Of a DNA stretch of 64,000 nucleotides, positions 52,538-64,000 are shown piece by piece (positions within the stretch are counted from its first letter, which is position 1; each line of letters begins with the position of its first letter). The DNA lies in NCBI GenBank assembly GCA_964016885.1, contig OZ024742.1, positions 279,310,001 through 279,374,000 on the forward strand. Reading direction: 5' to 3'. This stretch comes from Eledone cirrhosa (lineage: Eukaryota). A program made the translations under genes and the position numbers. The notes below the pieces were generated by a model. It made no database searches. It was not told where the DNA came from and saw nothing but the letters and a program-made list of their open reading frames with translations.

Positions 52538-54488
52538 ATGGCTAATTCACCTCTGCACCAAGCAGCTGAAAGCCTTCCTCACAAATTAACACCTCACACC
52601 GACACCACCATCGTTGCCAACACTACAAAAAATATAAGCACTAGCAATATTTTAAATTTGTCTCAGGCAGACATTCATTTCCCGCCATTACCAATGACTG
52701 CAAGTGTTAAAGCCTCCACCACCACCGCGACAACAGAAACAAAAGAAGAAAAAAATTAATTAACTCGTGATGTCGAAATGAAATCAAGCAAAATGGACTC
52801 TTCCTCACCAAAGACGACTGACGTCACCACCACCACAACTGAAACTAAAATTAATATTAACACAAATAACGATAGCAACAACAACAACAATGACATTATA
52901 AACCCCCCCCCCCTCATTTTCGCCAGAGTAGCAAAACAGTTCGAAGCATTTACGGTAACTGAAGAGGATTTAGAAAATGCCAAATTAAATGGTAAAGAAA
53001 GATGGGTACAGGGTCAGCCTCACCCCCCCCCCCAACTAATAAAAGGGAGCATCGGCGCCTATGCACCGTGTCGTATCGAACAATAAATGTAAAATCGCGC
53101 CGAGTGGAACGGGCATCCGAGTCCCAAATTCTAAAAGCTTTGGGACATGTGTGGGCAAGAAAAACCCACATCAGACGTGGGCAAAAGTATGGAACCGTGG
53201 ACGTGTTCTTTGAAACACCAGAGGAGGCTAGAGAACACTCCATGGCCCCATTAAGAAGTGACGACTTCACACTCGTCCCAAGCTATTGTGGCCAGAGACT
53301 CGTAAAGATCAGGGTGACACACGTTCCACCGGCCATCGAAATTCCCTGGCTAATAGCGGCCGTCCTCGCCGGCATCGAAGCCAACACGAAAATAATAGCA
53401 ATAGCAAAAGAAAAGCAGGAGAACTGGTCCGGATCTGGGATGGAGCTCCTGATCCAAGCGGACCAAAAAGCATTGGGGAGATCCCAGAGGTAATAGACCT
53501 CACAGACGGCAGCCATCTCACGGTAATTGTCGAGGGCAGAAGACCTAGGTGTGTCGTTTGTGGTGAAGTAACCCACCTAAGGGCTTTCTGCCCTCAGGCT
53601 AAAAGGTTGAGGCCACCTCTCCTACCCAACCAAGTGACACAACCATCAACACCACCAGTAGCAGAGATGGCAGCAACAACTGTAGCAGCAACAACAGAAG
53701 CAACTATAACAGCAACAACCCCAGCAACAGTAGCAAAACCAACACCACCACCACCACCAGCAAAACCACAACCACCACCACCCAACACTTCAGAACTAGC
53801 ACCAGCGCCAACACCATCCACCACGCCACAACCAAAACTAACGCCTGTTGAGGATTTTCCACTCCCCGGCCTATCACAACTGGAGACAGATTGTGACGAC
53901 GAGGAGTGGGAAACGATATCCGGAAAAAAAAAAGAAACCAAAAAAGAAAAAAATTCTCTTCCTTCCCCCTCCAAAAACAAAATACAGAGGGAAACAAATA
54001 AATTAAGAAACAAAAAAGTTAGGACAGATATGCCACCATCCACACCAGCATCACCAACCCCATCAACCCAAACACCAACACCATCATCACCAACCCCAAC
54101 ACCACCATCACCCACACCACAAAAGTCACCAAAATGCGAAAAAGAAACAAAACCACAACAAACGCAAACAAAACAAAACAAGCAAAACGATACACACTAC
54201 ACAGCATTAAATTTGAACAAAAAGCAATTATTACACTACATCCAACACAACACCAGCATCACAGAAAAAGACTACACAACAACCCCAAAATTCACACCAC
54301 CTCCACACATACAAATCACTCGCATCACACAGAAAGCGTACATGACACTAAAACAAAAATTCCCCAAAGACATCGGAGACTTCCGACAAGCACTCTCCAG
54401 GAGGATTTATAAGGACATCCTTCCTGAGGAGGCCACAAGCAGTGAAAAGGATGGAAAAACCGTCCTTCCCCTACGAGAAGTAAGGTAA
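52538..54488 (+). pseudogene. Tx1-like ORF1 (RRM-like region, CCHC knuckle, P/T-rich linker), frameshifted
   Basis: Four pieces joined at homopolymer runs; YGTVDVFF, VEGRRPRCVVCGEVTHLRAFCP. Confidence 0.8.
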
Positions 54489-54522
54489 GTGGTCTTTCCC
54501 ATCTTTTCCACTCCTTTTCAAC

Positions 54523-57500
54523 ATGACCTCACTCAGAATAGGCAGCATAAATGCGCGTGGCTTGGGGTCGTCATGGAAGCAGGGCCACCTGCTCAACGAC
54601 CTCAGGTCACTAAACATAGATGTAGTGGCCATCAGCGAGACCAGAATCTCTGAAGCACAGGCTTTCGCACCGATCTTCGGCGGCTACGATGTGTACGCAT
54701 CTCCCAGCCGTCCGGGATCGGGGGGAGGAGTTGCTGTGCTTTTTCGGAGAGGTTTGGATCTTGCCATACGGGCCATCTTCCTGGACCCAGAAGGTAAGTT
54801 GGTGGTGCTGGACGTGACCAGCGGAGACGGGCAAGCTTTCAGGTTAGTGGCCGTCTATGCCCCGACAGGAGCAGGGCGGCCTGATTTCTTCCGGCGTCTG
54901 GAGACCTTTCTTGGAACGTCTCGCTCTTTAGTGTTAGTGGGCGACTGAAACGGGATCTTAGATGCACGCTGGGATTGTGTGGGATTAGTGGATAGGGAAG
55001 GAGGGTGCATGAGTCTCACCAACCTGCTCAGACGTTTTGAACTGTCTGACAGGTACCGAATGGATTTCCGAAATGTACCAATGTGGACTTGGACAAATCG
55101 CTTAGGGTCATCCAGATCATATCTAGATAGAGTATTTTGTAGGGAAATAGATAGTTCTAGCATAGGCTGTCCACAATTCAAGATAGTCAGCTACACGGAC
55201 CACAAATTCGTGATCTGTGTGCTTGACTTAGATAGGCTTCATAGACAAGGACCCGGATACTGGAAGCTAAACGCGTCCTTACCAGCGCGCAAGGCCTATA
55301 GAGACCGGATTAGCGAACTAGTTAAGCGGGCGTTGACGGAGGCCATCGTCAACAACAAGTGGTGGTTTGCTCTGAAAAGAGCAATTAGAATAGAGTCCAT
55401 TAGGTTTAGTAAGACTTTAGCAATAGAGAAAAATAGAGCAGAAGGAGAATTAGTTAGAAAATTAGATGAGGCGCTTAGCAAAGGCATCGCGACCGACGTA
55501 CTTGCGGCGAAATTGGCCCTTGACCAATTCTTCAATGCAAAGCACGAAGGCTGCGTTGTCAGAGCTAGGGTGCGTGCTCTCAGACACGAGGGGGCGAAAG
55601 CCGTTCAATGGGCCCGAATGGCGGAGGCGCGTGGTGGCAACAAAGCCACGGTCCGGTCTTTGGTGGACCACGAGGGGCGCATGCTACTCGATCCCGGGCA
55701 AATGTGTGAAGCTTTTCAGCGACACTTCGCTCAACTGTTCCGGGGCAGTGGCGGGACGAATCGAGGGATGGACTTTAGTGTCTACCTCGACGGACTGCCG
55801 CGGCTTTCGGCCACTGAGGCGGAGTGTTGCGAAAAGCCGATAACAACCGCTGAAGTACGGGATGCAATGACTAGTTGCACAAGGGGTAAATCGCCTGGTT
55901 TGAATGGTCTGCCCTATGAACTTTACGTACAAATGCCAAACTTGTTCGGAGGCCTCTTGGCGGACGTCTACTACAACTGGCAACAGAACGGGAGAATTCC
56001 CAGCTCTGTGAGCCGAGGAGCGGTGGCGCTGCTGAGAAAGGATACGAACAAGGGGGATAACATAGATAATTTTAGCCCCATAACTCTGCTAAACACAGAG
56101 TTCAAGATTTTGGCCAAGGTGCTAGCAAAGAGGTTGGCGCTTGTCGTTGGTGGTCTGGTGGGAGAGGCACAGACATGCGCCATTCCCGACAGATCCATCC
56201 ACGACAACCTCCACCTCATGCGATACATCGTAGAGAGGGTAGCTAGGAACCTGTCACGGGTGGGTCTTTGATCAATTTAGATCAGTCGAAAGCATTCGAT
56301 AGGGTCGACCATCGTTACCTAGAGGCAGTCCTGAGGGCGGCTGGCTTTGGGCCCGTCTTCAGAGGCTGGATCGCTGCCATGCACAGCAACATCTGCTCTG
56401 TAGTGAGAGTGAACGGTCACCTTTCGGAACCGTTCAACATCATGCGCTCGGTCCGCCAAGGATGTCCCCTCTCGTCCCTATTGTACGTATTGTCTCTCGA
56501 GCCATTACTGCACAAACTGGAGACGTTGAGGTGGATCCCGCGCGAACTAGGATGCTGAATATCCATGTCAGCATATGCCGACGATGTCACCGTAGTGGTG
56601 TCGAACGCCAAACACATCGAGGCGATCGGCACTACACTAAGAGAATACGAAGCGGTGACAGGAGCAATGATCAACCAGGAAAAGTCAGTGGGCCTGCAAC
56701 TCGGCACCTGGAGAGGCAAGTCCATACCGTCCAGCAGCGTCGTCGGGCGCTGGACAGACGGACCGGATAAGTTACTAGGGGTCTGGTTCTGTCCAGACCT
56801 CGAGACGGACAAAAACTGGGACGAGGTGACGAGCAGGGTGGCTTCTCTCACCCAGAAATGGGCCGAGAGGAAGCTATCCCTGAAAGGTCGAACGGAGGTG
56901 GCGAATGCGTACATCGCATCCGTCATCTACTACCGCCTGACCGTCGTACCTTGTCCTAAGCCCCGCCTGACTGCGCTGGAGCGTTTGCTCTTTCGCTTCT
57001 TGTGGAAGGGACGCGCTCCGATGGTCAGGCGGTCCAACTGCTGTCAACACCCGCTACGTGGAGGGCTGGGCATGCCGTGGCTGATGATGCGCAGACACGC
57101 GCTCAGGCTACGACATCTCCACCTCTTCCTCGGCGGTGATCAGGTGTGGTCGCCGTTTGCTAGACACGTTTTCCCCAGCTCGTCTCCTTGACGGAGCTGC
57201 AGTCCTGGGTCAAGCGAAGACCGAGAGGGAGCGCTTGGAGACTGGAATGTCTTCAGGCGCTCACAGCCCTCGACCAATCGGGCAATGTGATCGGTGGAAA
57301 CTCCACCTTGGCGTTCTATAGGGGATTAGTGGAGGGGAAGAGCGACGACGTACTTGGAGAAACTCTCGGCGTCGACGAAAATCAACTAGCCAATCTCTTC
57401 GGAAGGACTTTCGGGCCGGGGCCTATGGACAACTTCCAGAAATCCCTGGCCTGGCAATGCTACCGAGGAGCTTTGCCAGTTCGGGATAAACTCTACAGGC

Positions 57501-57940
57501 ATGGAGGTGCCGTCAGCCGGGCATGTCCGAGATGCGCGCAGGGCGACGAAACCGTCCTGCACGCACTCGTCCAGTGTCCGAGCATTGCTGACTTGTGGGT
57601 TTATGTCGAACACCTGCTGTCACGTGTAGGACGGATCCAGCTATCAGCTGAGTCCATCGTGAGGATTGCCCCGCCCCCTTCCTTTAGCCGGGAAGGGTAG
57701 GCAGTTTTTATCTGTCTGGTGGCCATGGCGAAAGAGATAGTATGGTGGACACGTTTGAAAGGGCTGAAGACGAGTACTTACCTCTTCGGTGATGCCCTGA
57801 TTAACTTTTTCAAATTTCATTTGAAAAGGAAAATCAGGGTAGAGAGGGAAGTGCTCTCTTCCCAGCATTTTGTTGAAAGATGGGTGAGAGAAGCAAGTAT
57901 GGCCCGAATGAATGGGCCTTCTCTGAGTATGTGTCTGTAA
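54523..57940 (+). pseudogene. Tx1-like ORF2 (APE + RT + C-terminal zinc finger), with stops and frameshifts
   Basis: SINARGL, SET, VYAP, VGD(W)N, LDR, TDH, GYWKLN, KSPG, LDQSKAFDRVDH, VRQGCPLS, AYADD, CPRC..ETVLHALVQC. Confidence 0.92.
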
Positions 57941-58417
57941 ATTAAAGGTGGAAAACTGGGAGAGGGCACTTGCCCTGGTGGTCAGGGCCACTGTGGTCTT
58001 TTAATGGGCTTTCTCCACAAATGTCCCTCGGAAGTCTTCCCCCTATTGGGGAATTTTTCTTTGTTATTTTATTTCAACCTCTGTTTTTTCTACACGCAGA
58101 AATGCCCATTTGTACCGTCCTGTATTGTCCTGTACTGTCCTTAATGTCTACTTTATGTAAACCCTTGTGGTTAATAAAGAAAACATTATTATTATTATTA
58201 TTATTGGCGACCTACGTAGTAAATCGTATCATCGTGAGCTCCGCAAAGTTTGTTATTTTCAGTTGTTTAAAATTGCCATTCATGGAAATTTTTTATTGTT
58301 AACTGTATATAAGTGCACATACATTGTTATCTGAAAATGACACCCCAAAAGATTGGGGCCTTGAGCCCAAAATTTAAACTTTTATAATTATGAAACAAAA
58401 TTTTTCTTTGAAAAATC

Positions 58418-60326
58418 ATGGATGACTCAGAGTCACTCCTTCCTCACAAACCAACACATTCCACCGGCACCACTATTGTAAATATTACTACGTTTGCCAA
58501 CACTAAAAATATAAGCAGTAGCAATATTTTAAATTTGTCTCATGCCCGCCATTACCAATGACTGCAGGTGTTAAAGCCGCCACCACCACCACCACCGCGA
58601 CAACAGAAACAAAAGAAAAAAATAAATTAACTCGTGATATCGAAATGAATTCAACCAAAATGATCTCTTCCTCACCGAACACCACTGACGCCACCACCAC
58701 CACCACAACTGAAACTAAAATTAATAATAACAAAAATAACGATAACAACAACAGCAACAATGACATTAAAAAACCACCCTGAATTTTGCCAGAGTAGCAA
58801 AACAGCGCGAAGCATTTCAGGTAACACAGGAGGAATTAGAGGAAGCCAAAAAAATGGTAAAGAAATATGGGTACAGGGTCAGCCTCACCCCCCACCCCCA
58901 CCTAATAAAATGTAGCATCGGCGCCTATGCACCGTGTCTTATCGAACAATTAATATATAATCGCGCCAAATGGAACGGGCATCCGAGTTCCAAATCCAAA
59001 AAGCTTTGGGACATGTGTGGACAAAAAAAACCCACATCATACGTGGGCAGAAATATGGAACCGTCGACGTGTTCTTTGAAACACCACAGGAGGCTAGAGA
59101 ACACTCCATGGCCCCATTAAGAAGTGGCGACTTCACACTCGTCTCAAGCTATTGTAGCCAGAGACTCGTAAAGATCAGGTCACCCACGTTCCACCTGCCA
59201 TCAAAATTCCCTGGCTAATAGCTGCCGTCCTCGCCGGCATCGAAGCCAACACCAAGATAATCGAAATAGCGAAAGAAAAGCAGGAGAACTGGTCCGGATC
59301 TGGGATGGAGCTCCTGATCCAAGCGGACCAAAAAAGCATTGAGGAGATCCCAGAGGTAATAGACCTCACTGACGGCAGCCACCTCACCGTTATTGTCGAG
59401 AGCAGAAGGCCTAGGTGTGTCGTTTGTGGTGAAGGAACCCACCTAAGGGCTTTCTGCCCTCAGGCTAAAAGGTTGAGGCCACCTCTCCTACCCACACCAG
59501 TGACTCAACCATCAACACCACCAGCAGCAGAGATGGCAGCAACAACTGTAGCAGCAACAACAGAAGCAACTGTAACAGCATCAAGCCCAGCAACAGTAGC
59601 AAAACCAACACCACCACCACCCAACGCGCCAGAACTAGCACCAGCGCCTACATCATCCACCATGCTACAACTAAAACCAACGCCTGTGGAGGATTTTCTA
59701 CACCCTGGCCTATCACAACTGGAGACAGATTGTGACGACGAGGAGTGGGAAACGATATCAGGAAAAAAGAAAAAAGAAACCAAAAAAGAAAAAATGCTCT
59801 TCCCTCCCCCTCCAAAAACAAAATACAGAGGAAAAAAAAATAAACTATCAAACAAAAACGTTAGGACAGATATGCCACCATCCACACCAGCATCACCAAC
59901 CCCATCACCACAAACACCAACACCATCACCATCATTAACCACAACACCACCATCACCACAAAAGTCACCAAAAAGCGAAACAGAAACAAAGCCACAACAA
60001 ACGCAAACAAAACAAAACAACCAAAACGATACACACTACACAGCATTAAATTTGAACAACAATCAATTATTACACTACATCCAAGACAACACCAGCATCA
60101 CAAAAAAGACTACACAACAACCCAAAAGTTCACACCACCTCCACACATACATATCACTCGCATCACACAGAAAACGTACACGACACTAAAACAAAAATTC
60201 CCCCAAAACATCGGAGACTTCCGACAAACACTCTCCAGGAGGATTTATAAGGACATCCTTCCTGAGGAAGCCACAAGCAGTGAAAAGGATGGACAAACCA
60301 TCCTTCCTCTACGAGAAGTAAGGTAA
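58418..60326 (+). pseudogene. Tx1-like ORF1, copy 2, frameshifted
   Basis: Pieces 58558-58782, 58970-59218 and 59305-60189 match copy 1. Confidence 0.78.
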
Positions 60327-60360
60327 GTGGTCTTCCCCATCTTTTCCACTCCATTTCAAC

Positions 60361-63300
60361 ATGACCTCACTCAGAATAGGCAGCATAAATGCGCGTGGCT
60401 TGGGGTCGTCATGGAAGCAGGGCCACCTGCTCAACGACCTCAGGTCACTAAACATAGATGTAGTGGCCATCAGCGAGACCAGAATCCCTGAAGCACGGGC
60501 CTTCGCACCGATCTTCGGCGGCTACGATGTGTACGCATCTCCCAGCCGTCCGGGATCGGGGGCAGGTGTTGCTGTGCTTTTTCTGAGAGGTTTGGATCTC
60601 GCCATACGGGCCATCTTCCTGGACCCAGAAGGTAAGTTGGTGGTGCTAGACGTGACCAGCGGAGACGGGCAAGCTCTCAGGCTATTGGCCGTCTATGCCC
60701 CGAGAGGAGCAGGGCGGCCTGATTTCTTCCGGCGTCTGGAGACCTTTCTTGGAACGTCCCGCTCTTTAGTGTTAGTGGGCGACTGGAACGGGATCTTAGA
60801 TGCACGCTAGGACTGTGTGGTATCAGCGGATAGGGGAGGAGGGTACAAGAGCCTCACCAACCTGTTCCGGCGTTTTGAACTGTCTGACAGATACCGATTG
60901 GATTTCCCGAATGTGCCAATGTGGACTTGGACAAATCGCATAGGGTCATCCAGATCATATCTAGATAGAGTATTTTGTAGGGAAATAGATAGGTCTAGCA
61001 TAGGCTGTCCACAATTCAAGATCGTCAGCTACACAGACGACAAATTCGTGATCTGTGTGCTTGACTTAGATAGGCTTCATAGACGAGGACCCGGCTACTG
61101 GAAGCTAAACGCGTCCTTACCAGCGCGCAACCCCTACAGAGACTGGATTAGCGAACTAGTTAAACGGGCGTTGACGGGGGCCATCGTCAACAAGAATGGT
61201 GGTTTACTCTGAAAAGAGCAATTAGAATAGAATCCATTAGGTTTAGTAAGGCGTTAGCAATAGAGAAAAATAGAGTAGAGGAAGAATTAGTTAGAAATTT
61301 AAAACGAGGAGCTTAGCAAAGGCATCGCGACCGACGTACTTGCGGCCAAATTGGGCCTTGACCAATTCTTCAATGCAAAGCACGAAGGCTGCGTTGTCAG
61401 AGCTAGAGTGCGTGCTCTCAGACACGAGGGGATGAAAGCCGTTCAATGGGCCCGAGTGGCGGAGGCGCGTCGTGGCAACAAAGCCATGATCCGGTATTTG
61501 GTGGACCACGACGGGCGCATGTTACTCAATCCCGGGCAAATGTGTGAAGCTTTTCAGCGACATTTCGCACAGCTGTTCGGGGTAGCGGCGGGCCGGATCG
61601 AGGGATGGACTTTAGTGTCTACTTCGACGGACTGTCGCAGCTCTCGGACACTTAGGCGGAGTGTGGCGAAAAGCAGATAACAGCCGCTGAAGTACGGGAG
61701 GCAATGACTGGCTGCACAAGGGATACATCGCCTGGTTTGGATGGTCTGCCCTATAAACTTTACGTACAGATGTCAGACTTGTTCGGAGGCCTCTTGGCGG
61801 ACGTCTACTGCAACTGGCAACAGAACGGGAGAATTCACAGCTCTGTGAGCCGAGGAGCTGTGGCACTGCTGAGAAAGAATCCGAACAAGGGGGATAACAT
61901 AGATAATTTCCGACCCATAACTCTGCTAAACACAGAGTTCAAGATTTTGGCCAAGGTACGAGCAAAGAGGTTGGCGCTTGTCGTTGGTGGTCTGGTGGGA
62001 GAGGCGCAGACGTGCGCCATTTCTGACAGATCTATCCACGACAACCTCCATCTCATGCGATACATCGTAGAGAGGGTAGCTAGGGAACCTGGCACGAGTG
62101 GGTACTTGATCAATTTAGATCAGTCGAAAGCATTCGATAGGGTCGACCATCGTTACCTAGCGGCAGTCCTGAGGGCGGCTGGCTTTGGGCCCGTCTTCAG
62201 AGGCTGGATCGCTGCCATGCACAGCGACATCTGCTCTGTGGTGAGGGTGAACGGTCACCTTTCGGAACCGTTCAACATCATGCGCTCGGTCCGCCAAGGA
62301 TGTCCCCTCTCGTCCCTCTTGTACGTATTGACTCTCGAGCCATTACAGCACAAACTGGAGACGTTGAGGGGGGTCCCGCGCGAACTCGGATGCGGAAGAT
62401 CCATGTCAGCATATGCCGACAATGTCACCGTAGTGGTGTCGAACGACAAACAGATCGAGGCGATCTGTACTACACTAAGAGAATACGAAGTGGTGACAGG
62501 AGCAATGATCAACCAGGAAAAGTCAGTGGGCCTGCAGCTCGGCACCAGGAGAGGCAGGTCCATGCCGTCCAACAGCGTCGTCGGACGCTGGACGGACGGA
62601 CCGGTTAAATTGCTAGGGGTCTGGTTCGGCCCGGACCTCCAGACGGACAAAAGCTGGGACGAGGTGACGAGCAGGGTGGCTTCTCTACCCAGAAATGGGC
62701 GGAGCGGAAGCTATCCCTGAAAGGTCGAGCGGAGGTGGCTAACGCGTACATCGCGTCTGTCATCTGTCATCTGCTACCGCCTGACCGTCGTACCTTGTCC
62801 TAAGCCCCGCCTGACTGCTCTGGAGCGTTTGCCCTTTCGCTTTTTGTGGAAGGGACGCGCTCCGATGGTCAGGCAGTCCATCTGTTGTCAACACCCGCTA
62901 CGTGGAGGGCTGGGCATGCCGTGGCTGCTGATGCGCAGACACGCGCTCAGGCTACGACATCTCCACCTCTTCCTCGACGGTGATCAGGTGTGGTCGCCGT
63001 TTGCTAGACACGTATTTCCCCAGCTCGTTTCCTTGACGGAGCTGCAGTCCTGGGTCAAGCAAAGACCGAGAGGGAGCGCATGGAGACTGAAATATCTTCA
63101 GGCGCTTACAGCCCTCGACCAATCGGGCAATGTGATAGCTGGAAACGCCACCTCGGCGTTCTATAGAGGATTAGTGGAGGGGAAGAGCGACGACGTACTT
63201 GGGGAAAGTCTAGGCGTCGACAAAAATCAACTAGCCACTCTCTTCGGAAGAACTTTCGGGCCCGGGCCTATGGACAACTTCCAGAAATCTCTGGCCTGGC

Positions 63301-63785
63301 AGTGCTACCGAGGAGCCTTGCCAGTTCCAGATAAACTCTACAGGCATGGAGGTGCCATCAGCCGGGCATATTCCGAGATGCGCGCAGGGCGACGAACCGT
63401 CCTGCACACACTCGTCCAGTGTCCGAAAATTGCTGACTTGTGGTTTTATGTCGAACACCTGCTGTCACGTGTAGGACGGATCCGGCTATCATCTGAGTCC
63501 ATCGTGAGGATTTCCCCGCCCTCTTCCTTTGGCCGGGAAGGGCAGGCAGTTTTTATCTGTCTGGTGGCCATGGCGAAAGAGATAGTATGGTGGACGCGTT
63601 TGAAAGGGCTGAAGACGAGCACTTACCTCTTAGGTGATGCCCTGATTAACTTTTTAAAATTTCATTTGAAAAGGAAAATCAGAGTAGAGAGGGAAGTGCT
63701 CTCTTCCCAGCATTTTGTTCAAAGATGGGTGAGAGAAGCAAGAATGGCCCGAGTGAATGGGCCTACTCTGAGTATGTATCTGTAA
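60361..63785 (+). pseudogene. Tx1-like ORF2, copy 2, disrupted
   Basis: Same motifs as copy 1; catalytic YADD changed to YADN; several stops and frameshifts. Confidence 0.9.
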
Positions 63786-64000
63786 ATTAAAGATGAAAAA
63801 CTGGGAGAGGGCACTTGCCTTGGTGGTCAGGGTCACTGTGGCCTTTAATGGGCTTTCTCCACAAATGTCCCTCCGAGGTCTCCCGCCTATTGGGGAATTT
63901 TTCATTGCTATTTTTTTTGTTACATCCTCTGTTTTTGTTTTTTACACGCAGAAATGCCCATTTGTACCGTCCTGTATTGTCCTGCACTGTCCTTAATGTC

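Larger units (their letters stand above)
52328..58185 (+). mobile_element. Full-length Tx1/L1-group non-LTR retrotransposon, copy 1, in (TTA)n
   Basis: 210-nt 5' UTR, ORF1, ORF2, 3' UTR with AATAAA. Same 5' terminus as copy 2. Confidence 0.92.
58206..64000 (+). mobile_element. Tx1-like copy 2 in head-to-tail tandem, running off the window in its 3' UTR
   Basis: Colinear with copy 1; separated from it by (TTA)6 at 58186-58203. Confidence 0.92.

Overview
AT-rich, microsatellite-dense animal genomic DNA. The SINE and Penelope families resemble those of octopods, but the taxon is inferred, not proven. No intact host gene is visible. Two (TAA/TTA)n loci (1.5-8.2 kb and 38.5-64 kb) are packed with non-LTR retrotransposons of two unrelated clades in strict opposite polarity. 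R4/Dong-like RT-RLE elements always read along TAA and include two intact ORFs (1214 and 1130 aa). Tx1/L1-like ORF1 + APE-RT elements always read along TTA. The middle (11-38 kb) holds (TA)n tracts carrying Penelope-like (PLE) remnants with inverted pLTRs. I could fold 11 type I hammerhead motifs from 7 families by eye, including U3-A8 variants, and found a circularly permuted retrozyme-like unit. The region also has a twin-primed RTE-like LINE, a decayed RNase H LINE and tRNA-derived SINEs. All alignments and folds were done by eye.
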